A stretch of DNA of 64,000 bases from a virus (IMGVR_UViG_3300013368_000005:32001-96000); one strand, 5' to 3'; counted from the stretch's first letter, positions 1 through 10,062 are shown. Program-made: numbers and translations. The notes: a model not told the origin generated them from the letters alone.

Positions 1-1919
1 TTAAAGAATGTAATACTGAGGATTACTCCATTTCAGAAATTAATAACAAATCAATGTATTTAGATTTCTTGGATCTATTTGGAGGAAGAATATTAGCAGA
101 TGGTTTGGATAACTTCTGGGATACAATGATAGATCCTATGACAGAAGATGTCTTAAGAAAATATAAACTTCCTACAGATTATATAGAAATTTTAGCTTAT
201 GCTAATATGCTATTATCAGATAATAAATACTTTAAGCATACTGATTATAGAAGTAAGAGATATCGTTCAAATGAGATAGTTGCTGGTTACTTATATAAGG
301 CATTAGCGGAGGCTTATGGTGATTATGTAAGAGATGTAAGAAGAGGTAAAAAGGCAACGTTAACAATGAAACAAAGTAAAGTAATTGATAATGTTTTATT
401 AGATCCTACATGTTCAGATTTATCTTCATTAAATGCATTAACAGAAGCAGAAGCTATAAATGCTGTATCTACTAAAGGTTTATCAGGAATGAACTCAGAT
501 AGAAGTTATAGTCTAGATAAACGTACGTATGACGAATCTATGATAAACGTATTAGCATTGTCAACAGGATTTGCAGGAAATGTTGGTATAACCAGACAGT
601 CTACAATAGATATGAATATTGAAGGTAAAAGAGGATATATTAAAGTAGATCCAGATCCAAATAAATTAAGTGTAACTAAAACATTTGCAGTTACTGAAGC
701 TTTGACCCCTTATGGAACCACAAGAGATGACCCATTCAGATCTGCTATGACGTTTATACAAACATCTAAACATGGTATGAGAATACAGGAAGGCACACCA
801 TTATTGATAACAAATGGTGCAGATCAAGCTTTACCATATATTGGTTCTAATACTTTCTCATTTAAAGCAAAACAAAATGGAAAGGTAATAGAAAAAACAG
901 ATGATTACGTGATCGTTGAGTATTCCAATGGACAACACGATTTTGTAGATTTAAGAAGTACAATTAAGAAAAACTCTAATGGTGGATTCTTTATTACTAT
1001 TAAACTTGATACGGATTTAAAACTAGGCTCCGTAGTAAAAAAAGATCAAATTTTAGCATATGATAAATTATCTTTTTCTGATAAAATAGGGGATGGCTCT
1101 AATATAGCTTATAATTTAGGATGTCTCACCAAAATAGCTATCCTTAATACTGATGAAGGATTTGAAGATAGTGCTATTATATCAGAATATTTATCAAACG
1201 CTATGGCTTCGGAAGTCGTAGTAAAGAAAGAAGTTGTATTACCTAAAAATACTAATATATATAACATGGTCAAGAAAGGACAACCAATTCAAGAAGGTGA
1301 TCCTTTACTAATATTCCAAAATGCGTTTGAAGAAGACGATGTAAATACTCTATTAAAGAATTTAGTAGATGATGAGAAGGAGATATCAGACTTAGGAAGG
1401 ATACGTTTAAAATCTAAAATTACTGGATTTGTAGAAGATATTAAAGTATATAGAACAGTAGAAAAAGATGAGTTATCAGATTCTTTAAGAAAGACAGTAA
1501 ATGAATTAGAAAAACCTAATAATAATATTAAAAAATCTATGGCTAAGTATTCTGATTTAAATTCTAATGTAATACAATCTACTGATAAACTAGAAGCTAC
1601 AGGAAAATTAAAAAATGCTAAAGATGGAGTATTAATAGAATTTTATTTAAAATATTTAGATCAAATGTCTATAGGAGATAAATTAATCTATTATTCTGCA
1701 TTAAAAGGTGTAACTAAAACTATTTTCCCTTTAGATAAAGAGCCACATACTGATTTTAGACCAAAAGAAAAAATACATTCGTTATTATCAATGGGTTCTG
1801 TTTCAGGACGTATGGTGTGTAGTATTAAGCTTAACTTAGGTTTAAATAAAGTATTAGTAGAAATGGATAGAAAAATTAAAGATAAACTTGGAATTAAATG
1901 GACAAATTTAGATGAATAG
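1..1919 (+). CDS. Phage multisubunit RNA polymerase beta-like subunit, 5'-truncated by the window edge
   Basis: Frame is open from position 3 to the annotated ATG at 54. RpoB-like motifs: DDPFRSAMTFIQTSKH (cf. DDANRALMGANMQRQ), EGFEDSAIIS (cf. GYNFEDSIL), SIGDKLIYYSALKGV (cf. GDKMAGRHGNKGV), SMGSVSGRM (cf. PLGVPSRM). It ends before the usual RpoB C-terminal clamp segment, consistent with a split subunit. Confidence 0.92.
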   Translation, partial: KECNTEDYSISEINNKSMYLDFLDLFGGRILADGLDNFWDTMIDPMTEDVLRKYKLPTDYIEILAYANMLLSDNKYFKHTDYRSKRYRSNEIVAGYLYKALAEAYGDYVRDVRRGKKATLTMKQSKVIDNVLLDPTCSDLSSLNALTEAEAINAVSTKGLSGMNSDRSYSLDKRTYDESMINVLALSTGFAGNVGITRQSTIDMNIEGKRGYIKVDPDPNKLSVTKTFAVTEALTPYGTTRDDPFRSAMTFIQTSKHGMRIQEGTPLLITNGADQALPYIGSNTFSFKAKQNGKVIEKTDDYVIVEYSNGQHDFVDLRSTIKKNSNGGFFITIKLDTDLKLGSVVKKDQILAYDKLSFSDKIGDGSNIAYNLGCLTKIAILNTDEGFEDSAIISEYLSNAMASEVVVKKEVVLPKNTNIYNMVKKGQPIQEGDPLLIFQNAFEEDDVNTLLKNLVDDEKEISDLGRIRLKSKITGFVEDIKVYRTVEKDELSDSLRKTVNELEKPNNNIKKSMAKYSDLNSNVIQSTDKLEATGKLKNAKDGVLIEFYLKYLDQMSIGDKLIYYSALKGVTKTIFPLDKEPHTDFRPKEKIHSLLSMGSVSGRMVCSIKLNLGLNKVLVEMDRKIKDKLGIKWTNLDE

Positions 1920-1931
1920 ACAAAAAAAAAT

Positions 1932-1959
1932 AAAGAAGATGCATTATGCATCTTCTTTT
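1932..1959. terminator. Bidirectional intrinsic terminator between convergent genes
   Basis: Perfect inverted repeat AAAGAAGATGCAT-T-ATGCATCTTCTTT flanked by A and T runs. Confidence 0.8.
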
Positions 1960-1971
1960 TACTTTAACAAA

Positions 1972-2268
1972 TTATTTTGCTACTTGATTTAAATCTTCAC
2001 TATAATAATTATATACTAATTGTAATGTTTTCTTTTCTTTATCTCTAGCAATTTTATCTAATTTAACATTTGCCATAACGTTTAATATTATTTCTATTCC
2101 AAGTATAGCTAAGAATACTACTATTGTTTTAATAGATATATATTCATGTCTAATAAAGTCTCCGAATGAATCTGCTAATACCCAGAATATAAACATAGTT
2201 GTTATAGCTATAACTTTCCCTGTTAAATTTCTAAACTTTCTTATTGACATATTAATCCATCCTCTCAA
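1972..2268 (-). CDS. Small membrane protein with 2 predicted TM segments; probable start at 2250
   Basis: Two hydrophobic stretches; GAGAGGATGG SD-like sequence ahead of the ATG of MSIRK. Confidence 0.65.
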   Translation of the reverse strand: MRGWINMSIRKFRNLTGKVIAITTMFIFWVLADSFGDFIRHEYISIKTIVVFLAILGIEIILNVMANVKLDKIARDKEKKTLQLVYNYYSEDLNQVAK

Positions 2269-2333
2269 AATAAGTTTTATAATTTTATATTAAATAAAGA
2301 TAACTTATAACTTTATTCTATTAATATAATATA
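2262..2333 (-). promoter_or_regulatory. Early-type promoter (TATATTAT) plus conserved leader hairpin, copy A
   Basis: Minus strand reads TATATTAT...AATAAAGTTATAAGTTATCTTTAT...AAAACTTATTTTGAGAGG, the same layout as 21718-21789, 31752-31822 and 35237-35307. Confidence 0.6.
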
Positions 2334-2352
2334 TAACTTATTTTATTAACTT

Positions 2353-3675
2353 TTACATATCTTCTTCTATAGTATACTCTTCTAGTACTTCATCCACAGA
2401 TTCTTCTTCTGGATTTTGAATATTATAGTATACAGGTTCTAAATAACTGATCATTTCTTTTATAGGCATTTCCGAAATGTTTATAAAATCATCCCTCAGT
2501 GATAATGCTAATATCCTTACCTCTGCCTGTGCTGCACTATCAGTTCTGAGTTCTAAAAACTTAATGAAACTTTTAAATGTAAATGTCATATATAAAGATG
2601 TAGTGCTATTATTAGGCAAATATGCTCTTGCATCTTCTTTTAATAATGCCTTATTTTCTGTTAATTGAGGATATATATTCATCATAATATCACCCAATTC
2701 TTGAAGCGTAAACATTTTGTATGATTTAGCAGAAGTGGCTGGGATATCAAAAGATATTTTATATTTCTTTGTGTTATCATATTTCTCAGGTTTAAATTTA
2801 CCAGGTGAATTAAATTTAAATTCACCTGAAGAATAATCTACATATCTTTGTGATAATTGAGTTATTCCAACCCTGTGTCTTGTTAATTGTTGAGATATTA
2901 TTCTAGATACATCTTTTATTAAAATAGTAATTGAACACATGCTAAGAATATCCCTTTTTGTGAATATATCTGGAATTACATCTCTTATTTTATATAACGG
3001 ATCAGCATTCAATATATTATAACTATCTCTTATTAATGGTTCAAATCTTTGGGTTATACCTAATTCTCTCTCCGAAGGTTCTATAGAAATTTTACTTTGT
3101 AATTCCCCTTCATTTAGTATCCAATCATCTGGTTCTGTATCCAATGGAAATTTCCTCTGATCCATTATACCAGCTTCTATAAAGTCCATAAAATAACAAC
3201 TACTTGTACCATATAATAAATTTAATATTTCCCTGGATATTTTATTTTCTGCGTTCTGTATTTCCCTAAAGATATGTTTGTATGCCCTAATACTCCCTCC
3301 TATTAAAAGATATCCTATACCGTCTTTTTCCTTATATTTAGTTTCCAGATATCTGCATACATCTAATACTTCAACTAAATCTTCAGACATATCTTTAGAA
3401 AATTCCAATAGCATAACAATATTAGAATGTTCTAAAATAGATTCATGTCCTGATTTTAATCTAGTAGCTATATATTTAGCTTTATTTTCATAAGTGTCTT
3501 TATTATCCTTATTATAACATATTTTGCATGCATCATGTACTAAATTTACATGATCATTCATATGTATAATAGCACCTTTTACTATTCCTGTTAGTTTACT
3601 CTCCTCTTTATTTTTATTAAAAATCCTATTAAATATTGCTTTGATATTATTTTTATTCATTATCCTTACCTCCAA
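2353..3675 (-). CDS. thyX: Flavin-dependent thymidylate synthase ThyX with an extra internal segment
   Basis: SGHESILEH, SRIISQQLTRHRVGITQLSQRY (RHRx7S motif), EDARAYLP and LRTDSAAQAEVR. Confidence 0.92.
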   Translation of the reverse strand: MEVRIMNKNNIKAIFNRIFNKNKEESKLTGIVKGAIIHMNDHVNLVHDACKICYNKDNKDTYENKAKYIATRLKSGHESILEHSNIVMLLEFSKDMSEDLVEVLDVCRYLETKYKEKDGIGYLLIGGSIRAYKHIFREIQNAENKISREILNLLYGTSSCYFMDFIEAGIMDQRKFPLDTEPDDWILNEGELQSKISIEPSERELGITQRFEPLIRDSYNILNADPLYKIRDVIPDIFTKRDILSMCSITILIKDVSRIISQQLTRHRVGITQLSQRYVDYSSGEFKFNSPGKFKPEKYDNTKKYKISFDIPATSAKSYKMFTLQELGDIMMNIYPQLTENKALLKEDARAYLPNNSTTSLYMTFTFKSFIKFLELRTDSAAQAEVRILALSLRDDFINISEMPIKEMISYLEPVYYNIQNPEEESVDEVLEEYTIEEDM

Positions 3676-3710
3676 ATTATTTATATTTATTATAAAGTTA
3701 CATAGACAGT

Positions 3711-3744
3711 AAAAAGGTAGTACAACTATGTGTACTACCTTTTT
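3711..3744. terminator. Intrinsic terminator hairpin
   Basis: AAAAAGGTAGTACA-ACTATG-TGTACTACCTTTTT. Confidence 0.8.
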
Positions 3745-3816
3745 GGCAACTTGCGATTTAAATTTAATATAAATGTAGACGGGGTAATATTATTTATTAT
3801 ATTGTTATTTGATTAA

Positions 3817-4626
3817 TTATTTAAATATGTTATTATATTCACATATTGTTAAAATGTCATTAAAAATTTCTTCTTCTGTTCTAATACTATTATTATCAGT
3901 ACATTTTACTACTTCATAACCCATAATATCTATTACTGTTTTTGAACTTTCTTCTACTAATTTCATAAAATTATAATTATTTTCATGTTCATCTTTCTTA
4001 CCATTAGTTTTCAATTTTCTTTTTTGCATCAATTCATAAGAGATGTCTATAGGCATATCCATAAATATACATAAATCTTCTTTTGGAAGGTCTAAGTGGA
4101 AATATTCAACCTTACAAATATTTTGAATAAAATCATGTTCATTATACTCCTTCTTGAAGATATTATAATCCATTTTATAATATTTATCATACTCTGGTAC
4201 TTTTTCATAATCTAATTTATAAAGATCAGTCTCTATACCATATAGCATTCGTCTATAATTATAAACATGTTTTGCTATTTCTTTAACTTTTGCAGTCTGA
4301 AATGTTAAATTTGAACCTATATATCTATCAAATATAATATACCATCCTTTTTCTAATAATTTATTTATTTCTAATTTAATTATAGAGTCCATTCTGTCTA
4401 AAGAATAGCAGTATGAAGCTTTATATGGATCAATATAAGATGCATTTCCATATGCCCCTGCTAAATACTCTTTTATAAAAAATGAAGATGGTGAATGATA
4501 ATTTGGAAATGAAAAATGTAATACTTTATTAGTTATATTACTATTTATATAGTGTTCTAATTTAATTGAATTTGTTTCTTTGAAGGAATAATCTAATCCC
4601 TCGAATACTATTAATTTACCTTTCAT
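3817..4626 (-). CDS. tmk: Thymidylate (dNMP) kinase-like protein
   Basis: N-terminal KGKLIVFEGLD, SFPNY, YSLDR, IIFDRYIGS, LPKEDLCIFMDMP and KDEHE are typical of TMK. The P-loop is atypical (EGLDYSFKET). Confidence 0.85.
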   Translation of the reverse strand: MKGKLIVFEGLDYSFKETNSIKLEHYINSNITNKVLHFSFPNYHSPSSFFIKEYLAGAYGNASYIDPYKASYCYSLDRMDSIIKLEINKLLEKGWYIIFDRYIGSNLTFQTAKVKEIAKHVYNYRRMLYGIETDLYKLDYEKVPEYDKYYKMDYNIFKKEYNEHDFIQNICKVEYFHLDLPKEDLCIFMDMPIDISYELMQKRKLKTNGKKDEHENNYNFMKLVEESSKTVIDIMGYEVVKCTDNNSIRTEEEIFNDILTICEYNNIFK

Positions 4627-4734
4627 AGTTAAATCCCCCTTTTGGTTTTAAATAATTACTTTATTGTTTTACTATGAATAAAAAATAAAAAAAAATAAAG
4701 ATAGGTTCCAAGCCTATCTTTAATCTTTCTATTT

Positions 4735-5382
4735 TTACAGATATAGAAAATTCGATCCTTTATAACTATTTTTATAATATAAAGGCATTATTGTAATCTT
4801 TCTATCTGATTCTTTATCATTCATTTGTATGATGGTATCTCGTGCTTCACAGATGTCTACATTATTTTTAAAATCTATTTTAAAAATATCTAGTATATCA
4901 TTATTCACATATTCTATAGTTAATGCGGATTGGGCTAATTCAATTTTTGTTATTAACCAATCTCTTCCTGTACTTATTCCACGTGAACGTATATCAACAT
5001 ATACTTTATTATTATCTTTAGGCATTATTACTTTGAGTATATAATAATATGCAAAAGAAGCTTTAATTTCTGCACTTGATAATTCTGTTGAAAAATTATC
5101 TCTATTTATTTCAAATCTAGATAGTGCATATTTTTTATGAGATAATAGTGATGATAATAACGATAAAAACATATATTTATTAGTATCATTAGAATTATCA
5201 TTTATATCTTGTAACATATGTTCTAATTTGCCTAAAATACTTTTTATCTCTAAATCTGTTATATTATCATGATCTAAAGTACTAGAGATAGATATATATC
5301 CGTTTATAAAATCACTTATTTTATCTAAATCATATTCCCTTTCATCATAATGCAATTTGTTGTTATTCATAAATATTGCCAC
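4735..5382 (-). CDS. Hypothetical early protein, similar to 6452-7111 and 7136-7762
   Basis: N-termini are alike: LHYDEREYDLDKI / ISYQGKEYNYNII / INYKGKNYDLNKL. Confidence 0.6.
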   Translation of the reverse strand: MAIFMNNNKLHYDEREYDLDKISDFINGYISISSTLDHDNITDLEIKSILGKLEHMLQDINDNSNDTNKYMFLSLLSSLLSHKKYALSRFEINRDNFSTELSSAEIKASFAYYYILKVIMPKDNNKVYVDIRSRGISTGRDWLITKIELAQSALTIEYVNNDILDIFKIDFKNNVDICEARDTIIQMNDKESDRKITIMPLYYKNSYKGSNFLYL

Positions 5383-5473
5383 CCTTCAATAAAAAATTAT
5401 ATATTTGAAATAGAATATCCTATTCTAATATATAATATATAATTTAGATATCGTAATTTAGCAATGTATATTT

Positions 5474-5782
5474 TTAATCTATTATTATCTTCTTTATATT
5501 TAAACTTTTCTTAAGTTGTTCTAATTCATCGTCTGGTATTATAAAATTAGATTCCTTATATTCACCGAATATTATATCTTTAGGAACATAGAAAAGTTTT
5601 ACGTGCAATATATTATCTTCTATATGTACTTTCTTAATACTTTTATTTTCTAAAACTGTTATAATTTCAGATACTTGCTCTCCTAAAACATTTTGATGTT
5701 CATTAATTGTCATTATATACCCTGTGCAAAAAGATACTAAAGCACATACGACAATAATAACTATAATTAATTTTTTTTTCAT
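5474..5782 (-). CDS. Protein with N-terminal signal or TM segment
   Basis: MKKK followed by a hydrophobic run; AGGAGG SD. Confidence 0.7.
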   Translation of the reverse strand: MKKKLIIVIIVVCALVSFCTGYIMTINEHQNVLGEQVSEIITVLENKSIKKVHIEDNILHVKLFYVPKDIIFGEYKESNFIIPDDELEQLKKSLNIKKIIID

Positions 5783-5916
5783 ATTTTTTCCTCCTTTTAG
5801 ATATTATTATTTTGTTTTATGCCTTTTATTAAATAACCAAATTACCATTATTTTATAAATTTGGTTATTATAAAAAATAAACTAGAGGTTAGCCTCTAGT
5901 TTAGATTATTTGATAT

Positions 5917-6405
5917 TTATTTTATTTCATATACTATATATTCGTTCTCTTTAATTAAATTTATTTTCTGTTCAATTGCTAAATTTTCTAAATTATTTAA
6001 TGTTACACAATTTTTACATTTCATTTTATTATCTTCTTTATCTAATACAAGATATTCTTTATTATCACATTCGCATTGTCCATTCAACAACATTTTTAAT
6101 ATTCCATCCAAATCATCAAAGTTTTTATTAAATTCTTCTGTTTGCATGTCATAAAATTTATATTTCTTTTCATTTTCTCTTTGTTTACGACTTCCATAAT
6201 AATATTCACTATCATGAGCTATAGCATAAGTAGTGCCTTTATTGTCGTAATATAGTTCTATATTTCCTACATCAGCGGATGTAGAACCAATGATTTCTAA
6301 ATCATTTATCAATGTACCTAATTCTTCTACTTCCATCCCGTCTATTTCTCTAAATACACCTATTAATTTTTCCATAATTAATCTCTCCCTTTTATTTTTA
6401 TTCAA
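5917..6405 (-). CDS. Hypothetical protein with a C-terminal CxC...CxxC zinc-ribbon-like motif; probable start at 6375
   Basis: CECDN...KCKNC; GGGAGAGATTAATTATG RBS. Confidence 0.65.
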   Translation of the reverse strand: MNKNKRERLIMEKLIGVFREIDGMEVEELGTLINDLEIIGSTSADVGNIELYYDNKGTTYAIAHDSEYYYGSRKQRENEKKYKFYDMQTEEFNKNFDDLDGILKMLLNGQCECDNKEYLVLDKEDNKMKCKNCVTLNNLENLAIEQKINLIKENEYIVYEIK

Positions 6406-6451
6406 TATTATAATATATAATTATAAATATATTTATCCTATCTGCTTATAA

Positions 6452-7111
6452 TTATATATTTCCATTATGATATACACTAGTACAAGAACAAGATATAATT
6501 TTACTATTTTGAGAGTATAAAATTATATCTGAAGGATCAGAAATACAAATGCAAATTATTTGATTATCAATCTTTTTGTGTATAGTTATTTTCTCAGTAA
6601 TTGATATTATATTGTCTTCTGTTGATATATTAATTGAATAAGGTGTTGTACCTGGTATATTATCATGTATAATAATTACAATAGATTTTTTGTCTGGTGA
6701 TACTACATATTCTATTCTTGGAGCTAATGAAAATGAAAAATAATTATATTTATATAAATCACCTATATTGTGTACTATAGTTAAAAAATGATCTTTTTTA
6801 CCATTAATGCGTATAAACTTATCTATTATAGCTATTATATCTTCAGCACGTTTCGATAATATCATTTCTATATTAAATTTACTATTCATACTTTGCATGA
6901 CTAATTCTATATTCATCATCAATCCTTTACATAATTCACTATCATTTTCTAACTCTGAAAAGTTATTTTCATACATACATAATTGTTTGTATATATTTTT
7001 TATTAGTAAAACGCCAAAGGTTCCTTCCCATTCTATAATACTATCTTTTAGAAAATCCTTTATTATATTATAATTATATTCTTTTCCTTGATAGCTTATT
7101 ACTTTTTCCAT
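6452..7111 (-). CDS. Hypothetical early protein (paralog family)
   Basis: Long ORF with GGAGAG RBS. Confidence 0.7.
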   Translation of the reverse strand: MEKVISYQGKEYNYNIIKDFLKDSIIEWEGTFGVLLIKNIYKQLCMYENNFSELENDSELCKGLMMNIELVMQSMNSKFNIEMILSKRAEDIIAIIDKFIRINGKKDHFLTIVHNIGDLYKYNYFSFSLAPRIEYVVSPDKKSIVIIIHDNIPGTTPYSINISTEDNIISITEKITIHKKIDNQIICICISDPSDIILYSQNSKIISCSCTSVYHNGNI

Positions 7112-7135
7112 AATTAAATCTCTCCTTTTTATTTT

Positions 7136-7762
7136 CTATATAAGTTCCATATCTAATTTAATAGTGCATGTAGATAATTCATTTTCATAATACTCTTCCA
7201 GTAACTTTTCTATTGTCATTGGTATTATTTTAACTTGAAATTTATCTGAGATTATTTCAAGTATATCATCAGTTATTTCAATTCTAGAATTGAAAAACGA
7301 TATATTAACAATCCTCTGTGCAGAAAATTGATTTCTACTGAATAATGATATAAAATTATTTATATCAATGTCTATCATTGGAGATATAAATAATTTATAA
7401 CTAGTTGAATCTTTTGTTGTATATCGTATAAATAAACATTTACCATCTAAATGTTGCTTATGGTTACTTATCTTAAGATAATTATTTTCTTCCTCATTAT
7501 AAATACAAGAATCTATGTCTACATTATTAGAAACTCTATTTAAAGAATTTATTATTGTATTCATATATGCATTTATCATTATTTCATCACCTTTGATTAT
7601 ATCAAAATTATGAAGTCTTATAAATTTAATTATAGCATTTATGTTATTTTCGGTTTGTTGATGTTCGAATCTCCAATCTATTTTTTCTAAATCCTCTATC
7701 AATTTGTTTAAGTCATAATTCTTTCCTTTATAATTTATTATTTGTAATTTTGGTTTCTCCAT
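7136..7762 (-). CDS. Hypothetical early protein (paralog family)
   Basis: GGAGAGATTAATTATG RBS. Confidence 0.7.
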   Translation of the reverse strand: MEKPKLQIINYKGKNYDLNKLIEDLEKIDWRFEHQQTENNINAIIKFIRLHNFDIIKGDEIMINAYMNTIINSLNRVSNNVDIDSCIYNEEENNYLKISNHKQHLDGKCLFIRYTTKDSTSYKLFISPMIDIDINNFISLFSRNQFSAQRIVNISFFNSRIEITDDILEIISDKFQVKIIPMTIEKLLEEYYENELSTCTIKLDMELI

Positions 7763-7782
7763 AATTAATCTCTCCTTTTATT

Positions 7783-8280
7783 TTAAAAATAAAATTTACC
7801 TTTATCTCTCATTAAATTTAATTTATTTATATATTTAACACTATGACTATATTGTCTTTGCAGTAGTTTTAATTCGCCTTTAATTTGATTATAATAAACC
7901 CTCATATCTTTTCTACTACCTTTAGGTAATGAATTTAATATTTTATATATTTCAAATTCATTTATCATTTTTTCTTTTATTAATATAGCCTTTATTTTTG
8001 CTTGTTCTTTCTGAATTAAAACTGTATAAGTTAAGAAATATAAAATATTTGCTATTTCGTCTTTTACAAATATTTTATATTTAATCATAAAAATTTGTTT
8101 CTTTCTATTTTTACACCATACAATAATATAATTTCCTTTTTCATTATACTCATAATGGATAGCATTTTTTGAATGATGTTTATCATTCAAATCTATCCAG
8201 AATGTTTTTACGATATGTGGTTTATAATTTTGTAAAGTATCAAATAATACTTTAAAATCAGATATGTTTCCATCAACCAT
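7783..8280 (-). CDS. Hypothetical basic protein
   Basis: GGAGAGATTAATTATG RBS. Confidence 0.7.
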   Translation of the reverse strand: MVDGNISDFKVLFDTLQNYKPHIVKTFWIDLNDKHHSKNAIHYEYNEKGNYIIVWCKNRKKQIFMIKYKIFVKDEIANILYFLTYTVLIQKEQAKIKAILIKEKMINEFEIYKILNSLPKGSRKDMRVYYNQIKGELKLLQRQYSHSVKYINKLNLMRDKGKFYF

Positions 8281-8355
8281 AATTAATCTCTCCTTTTTTA
8301 TTTTTTAGAAATGTATTAGAAGATTAGAAATAATCTAATCTTCTTTTTAAATAAA

Positions 8356-8492
8356 TTAAAATCTCACGAAGTGAGATTTATCAGCCTCCCCTTCATGTCT
8401 TCTAAAACATGAATAATTTACATTTATATTGTATTTATAATAATGAATTATAAATTAATTCAATGTTTTATACTTTGTAAAAATGTACAAGC
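8356..8492 (-). repeat. Copy 1 of a ~140 bp inverted-repeat element (late-type promoter plus two hairpins; candidate ncRNA)
   Basis: Its reverse complement matches 10071-10216 in three blocks: GCTTGTACATTTTTACAAAGTAyAAAACATT; ATGTAAAT(T)ATTCATGTTT...ACATGA; AAATCTCACTTCGTGAGATTTTAA. Confidence 0.85.
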
Positions 8493-8496
8493 TCCC

Positions 8497-9288
8497 TTAT
8501 TTATAAAAGTCCATAGAGAAGACATAGCAATCTTCTCTATCTACAAGAACATAATCGTTCATAGATATCAGTACTCTATTTTCGTCAAATAATAACTTAC
8601 GTATTATATTATTTAATATTTGGCTATTAGTATTAAATTCACCATGAAGTTTTAAATACTCAAATGTATTTGGTTCTATATTGCTTTTTATTATTATATT
8701 AAACGATTCTTTCATAGCAGTTATAGCATCATCATCTGTAAATAATAAATCAGTAACCTTTCTAATATAAAAGTTTTCAATAGTTTCTTCCTCATATATA
8801 ATTGTATCTATATCTAATTTAGTCATAGGTTTTTTTATGTATAACCTATCTGAATCCATTAATGTCGTTAAAAGATTAGTATTATCATCCATATATTTTA
8901 ATGCTAAATTATATGCTATATTTTTTATATCTGCATTATTTTTTTGTCTATCATATTTATAATTTAAAAAGTATAATCCAGATATAATCTCGTTTATTAT
9001 AATTGATTTAATTAAAATCATTTTTTCATATTCGCTATGAATATTATGTGCATGATCAATAATATTATTTATATCTATTACTATAGTATTTACAAATATA
9101 CATGATAAATTTTTACACATATCATAATCTTTTTCATTAAATAATAGCTGTATTGGAATTGCTATATTTAATTCGTCCTTCACTGTTCTAAATACCTTTT
9201 GTGCTAATATTTTTAAATTGAACATAATATCCTCGTTCAATTTAAGTCTAGTTGCCTTTTCATGCTTAAGTTTAATAATGTTATTCAT
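8497..9288 (-). CDS. Hypothetical protein, possibly a degenerate metallopeptidase-like fold
   Basis: 263 aa ORF with GAGGGGG RBS; IINEII sits where HExxH would be expected (weak). Confidence 0.6.
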   Translation of the reverse strand: MNNIIKLKHEKATRLKLNEDIMFNLKILAQKVFRTVKDELNIAIPIQLLFNEKDYDMCKNLSCIFVNTIVIDINNIIDHAHNIHSEYEKMILIKSIIINEIISGLYFLNYKYDRQKNNADIKNIAYNLALKYMDDNTNLLTTLMDSDRLYIKKPMTKLDIDTIIYEEETIENFYIRKVTDLLFTDDDAITAMKESFNIIIKSNIEPNTFEYLKLHGEFNTNSQILNNIIRKLLFDENRVLISMNDYVLVDREDCYVFSMDFYK

Positions 9289-9328
9289 TTGTAATCCCCC
9301 TCAAAAATATATTTTTTTATTCAATATT

Positions 9329-9400
9329 ATAATATATCATTGTATTATGCTTTACCATTTTTTCTATGTTCCTAGAAAAATGGTTATAATTATATATTAT
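9329..9400. promoter_or_regulatory. Divergent pair of early-type TATATTAT promoters at the strand-switch point
   Basis: ATAATATA at 9329-9336 (minus) and TATATTAT at 9393-9400 (plus). Genes to the left are minus strand and genes to the right are plus strand. Confidence 0.6.
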
Positions 9401-9441
9401 AGTAATGAATAAATATAGAAAATATTAAAGGAGAGATTAAT

Positions 9442-10062
9442 ATGAATAAATTAATAGTAGATCCAAATAACTATAGTATAGTATCAATTTCAAATGAGAC
9501 ATCCTTTGAAGAAACAGAGACTGATAAACTATGTAGACATATACTAGGTTTATTTAGTGATCTTAAAGATTTAGAGATAGAAATTGATGTGGATAAATAT
9601 AACAATTTTGAAGCATGTTTTCGTACAGAAAAAATAAATAATAAAAAAAGACAATATAAATATATTATAAATCTTAGACCATTTCAAGACTGTTTTAAAA
9701 AGGGAAGCATTTGTAGAAATAGTAGAGAAATTATAGAAGGTTTGGAGATAGATGAACTTTTAAGAATAAATAGTATTGATGAAAAATATAAATTTAAAGT
9801 TTACTATTTATTTTATATATTACATGAAATTGGACATATTAAGCATTTTAATATAAATGAACGATATATCAATAAATTAAAATTGGCAGATGTGTCTCTA
9901 GATTGTTCATTGCGTCAAACTTATTATAATGCTAATAAGAAACATTCTTATACGATATATCAATATGGATTATTCGAATCCCAAGCAAATTTATTTGCAT
10001 TTAAATATTTCACATATATTTGGAATAATGTATTAAAAAATACAAATTTTCTTAATATGTAA
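9442..10062 (+). CDS. Zincin-type (ImmA/IrrE-like) metallopeptidase domain protein
   Basis: ILHEIGHIKH (HExxH) followed by FESQANLFA (ExxANxFA). Confidence 0.7.
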   Translation: MNKLIVDPNNYSIVSISNETSFEETETDKLCRHILGLFSDLKDLEIEIDVDKYNNFEACFRTEKINNKKRQYKYIINLRPFQDCFKKGSICRNSREIIEGLEIDELLRINSIDEKYKFKVYYLFYILHEIGHIKHFNINERYINKLKLADVSLDCSLRQTYYNANKKHSYTIYQYGLFESQANLFAFKYFTYIWNNVLKNTNFLNM

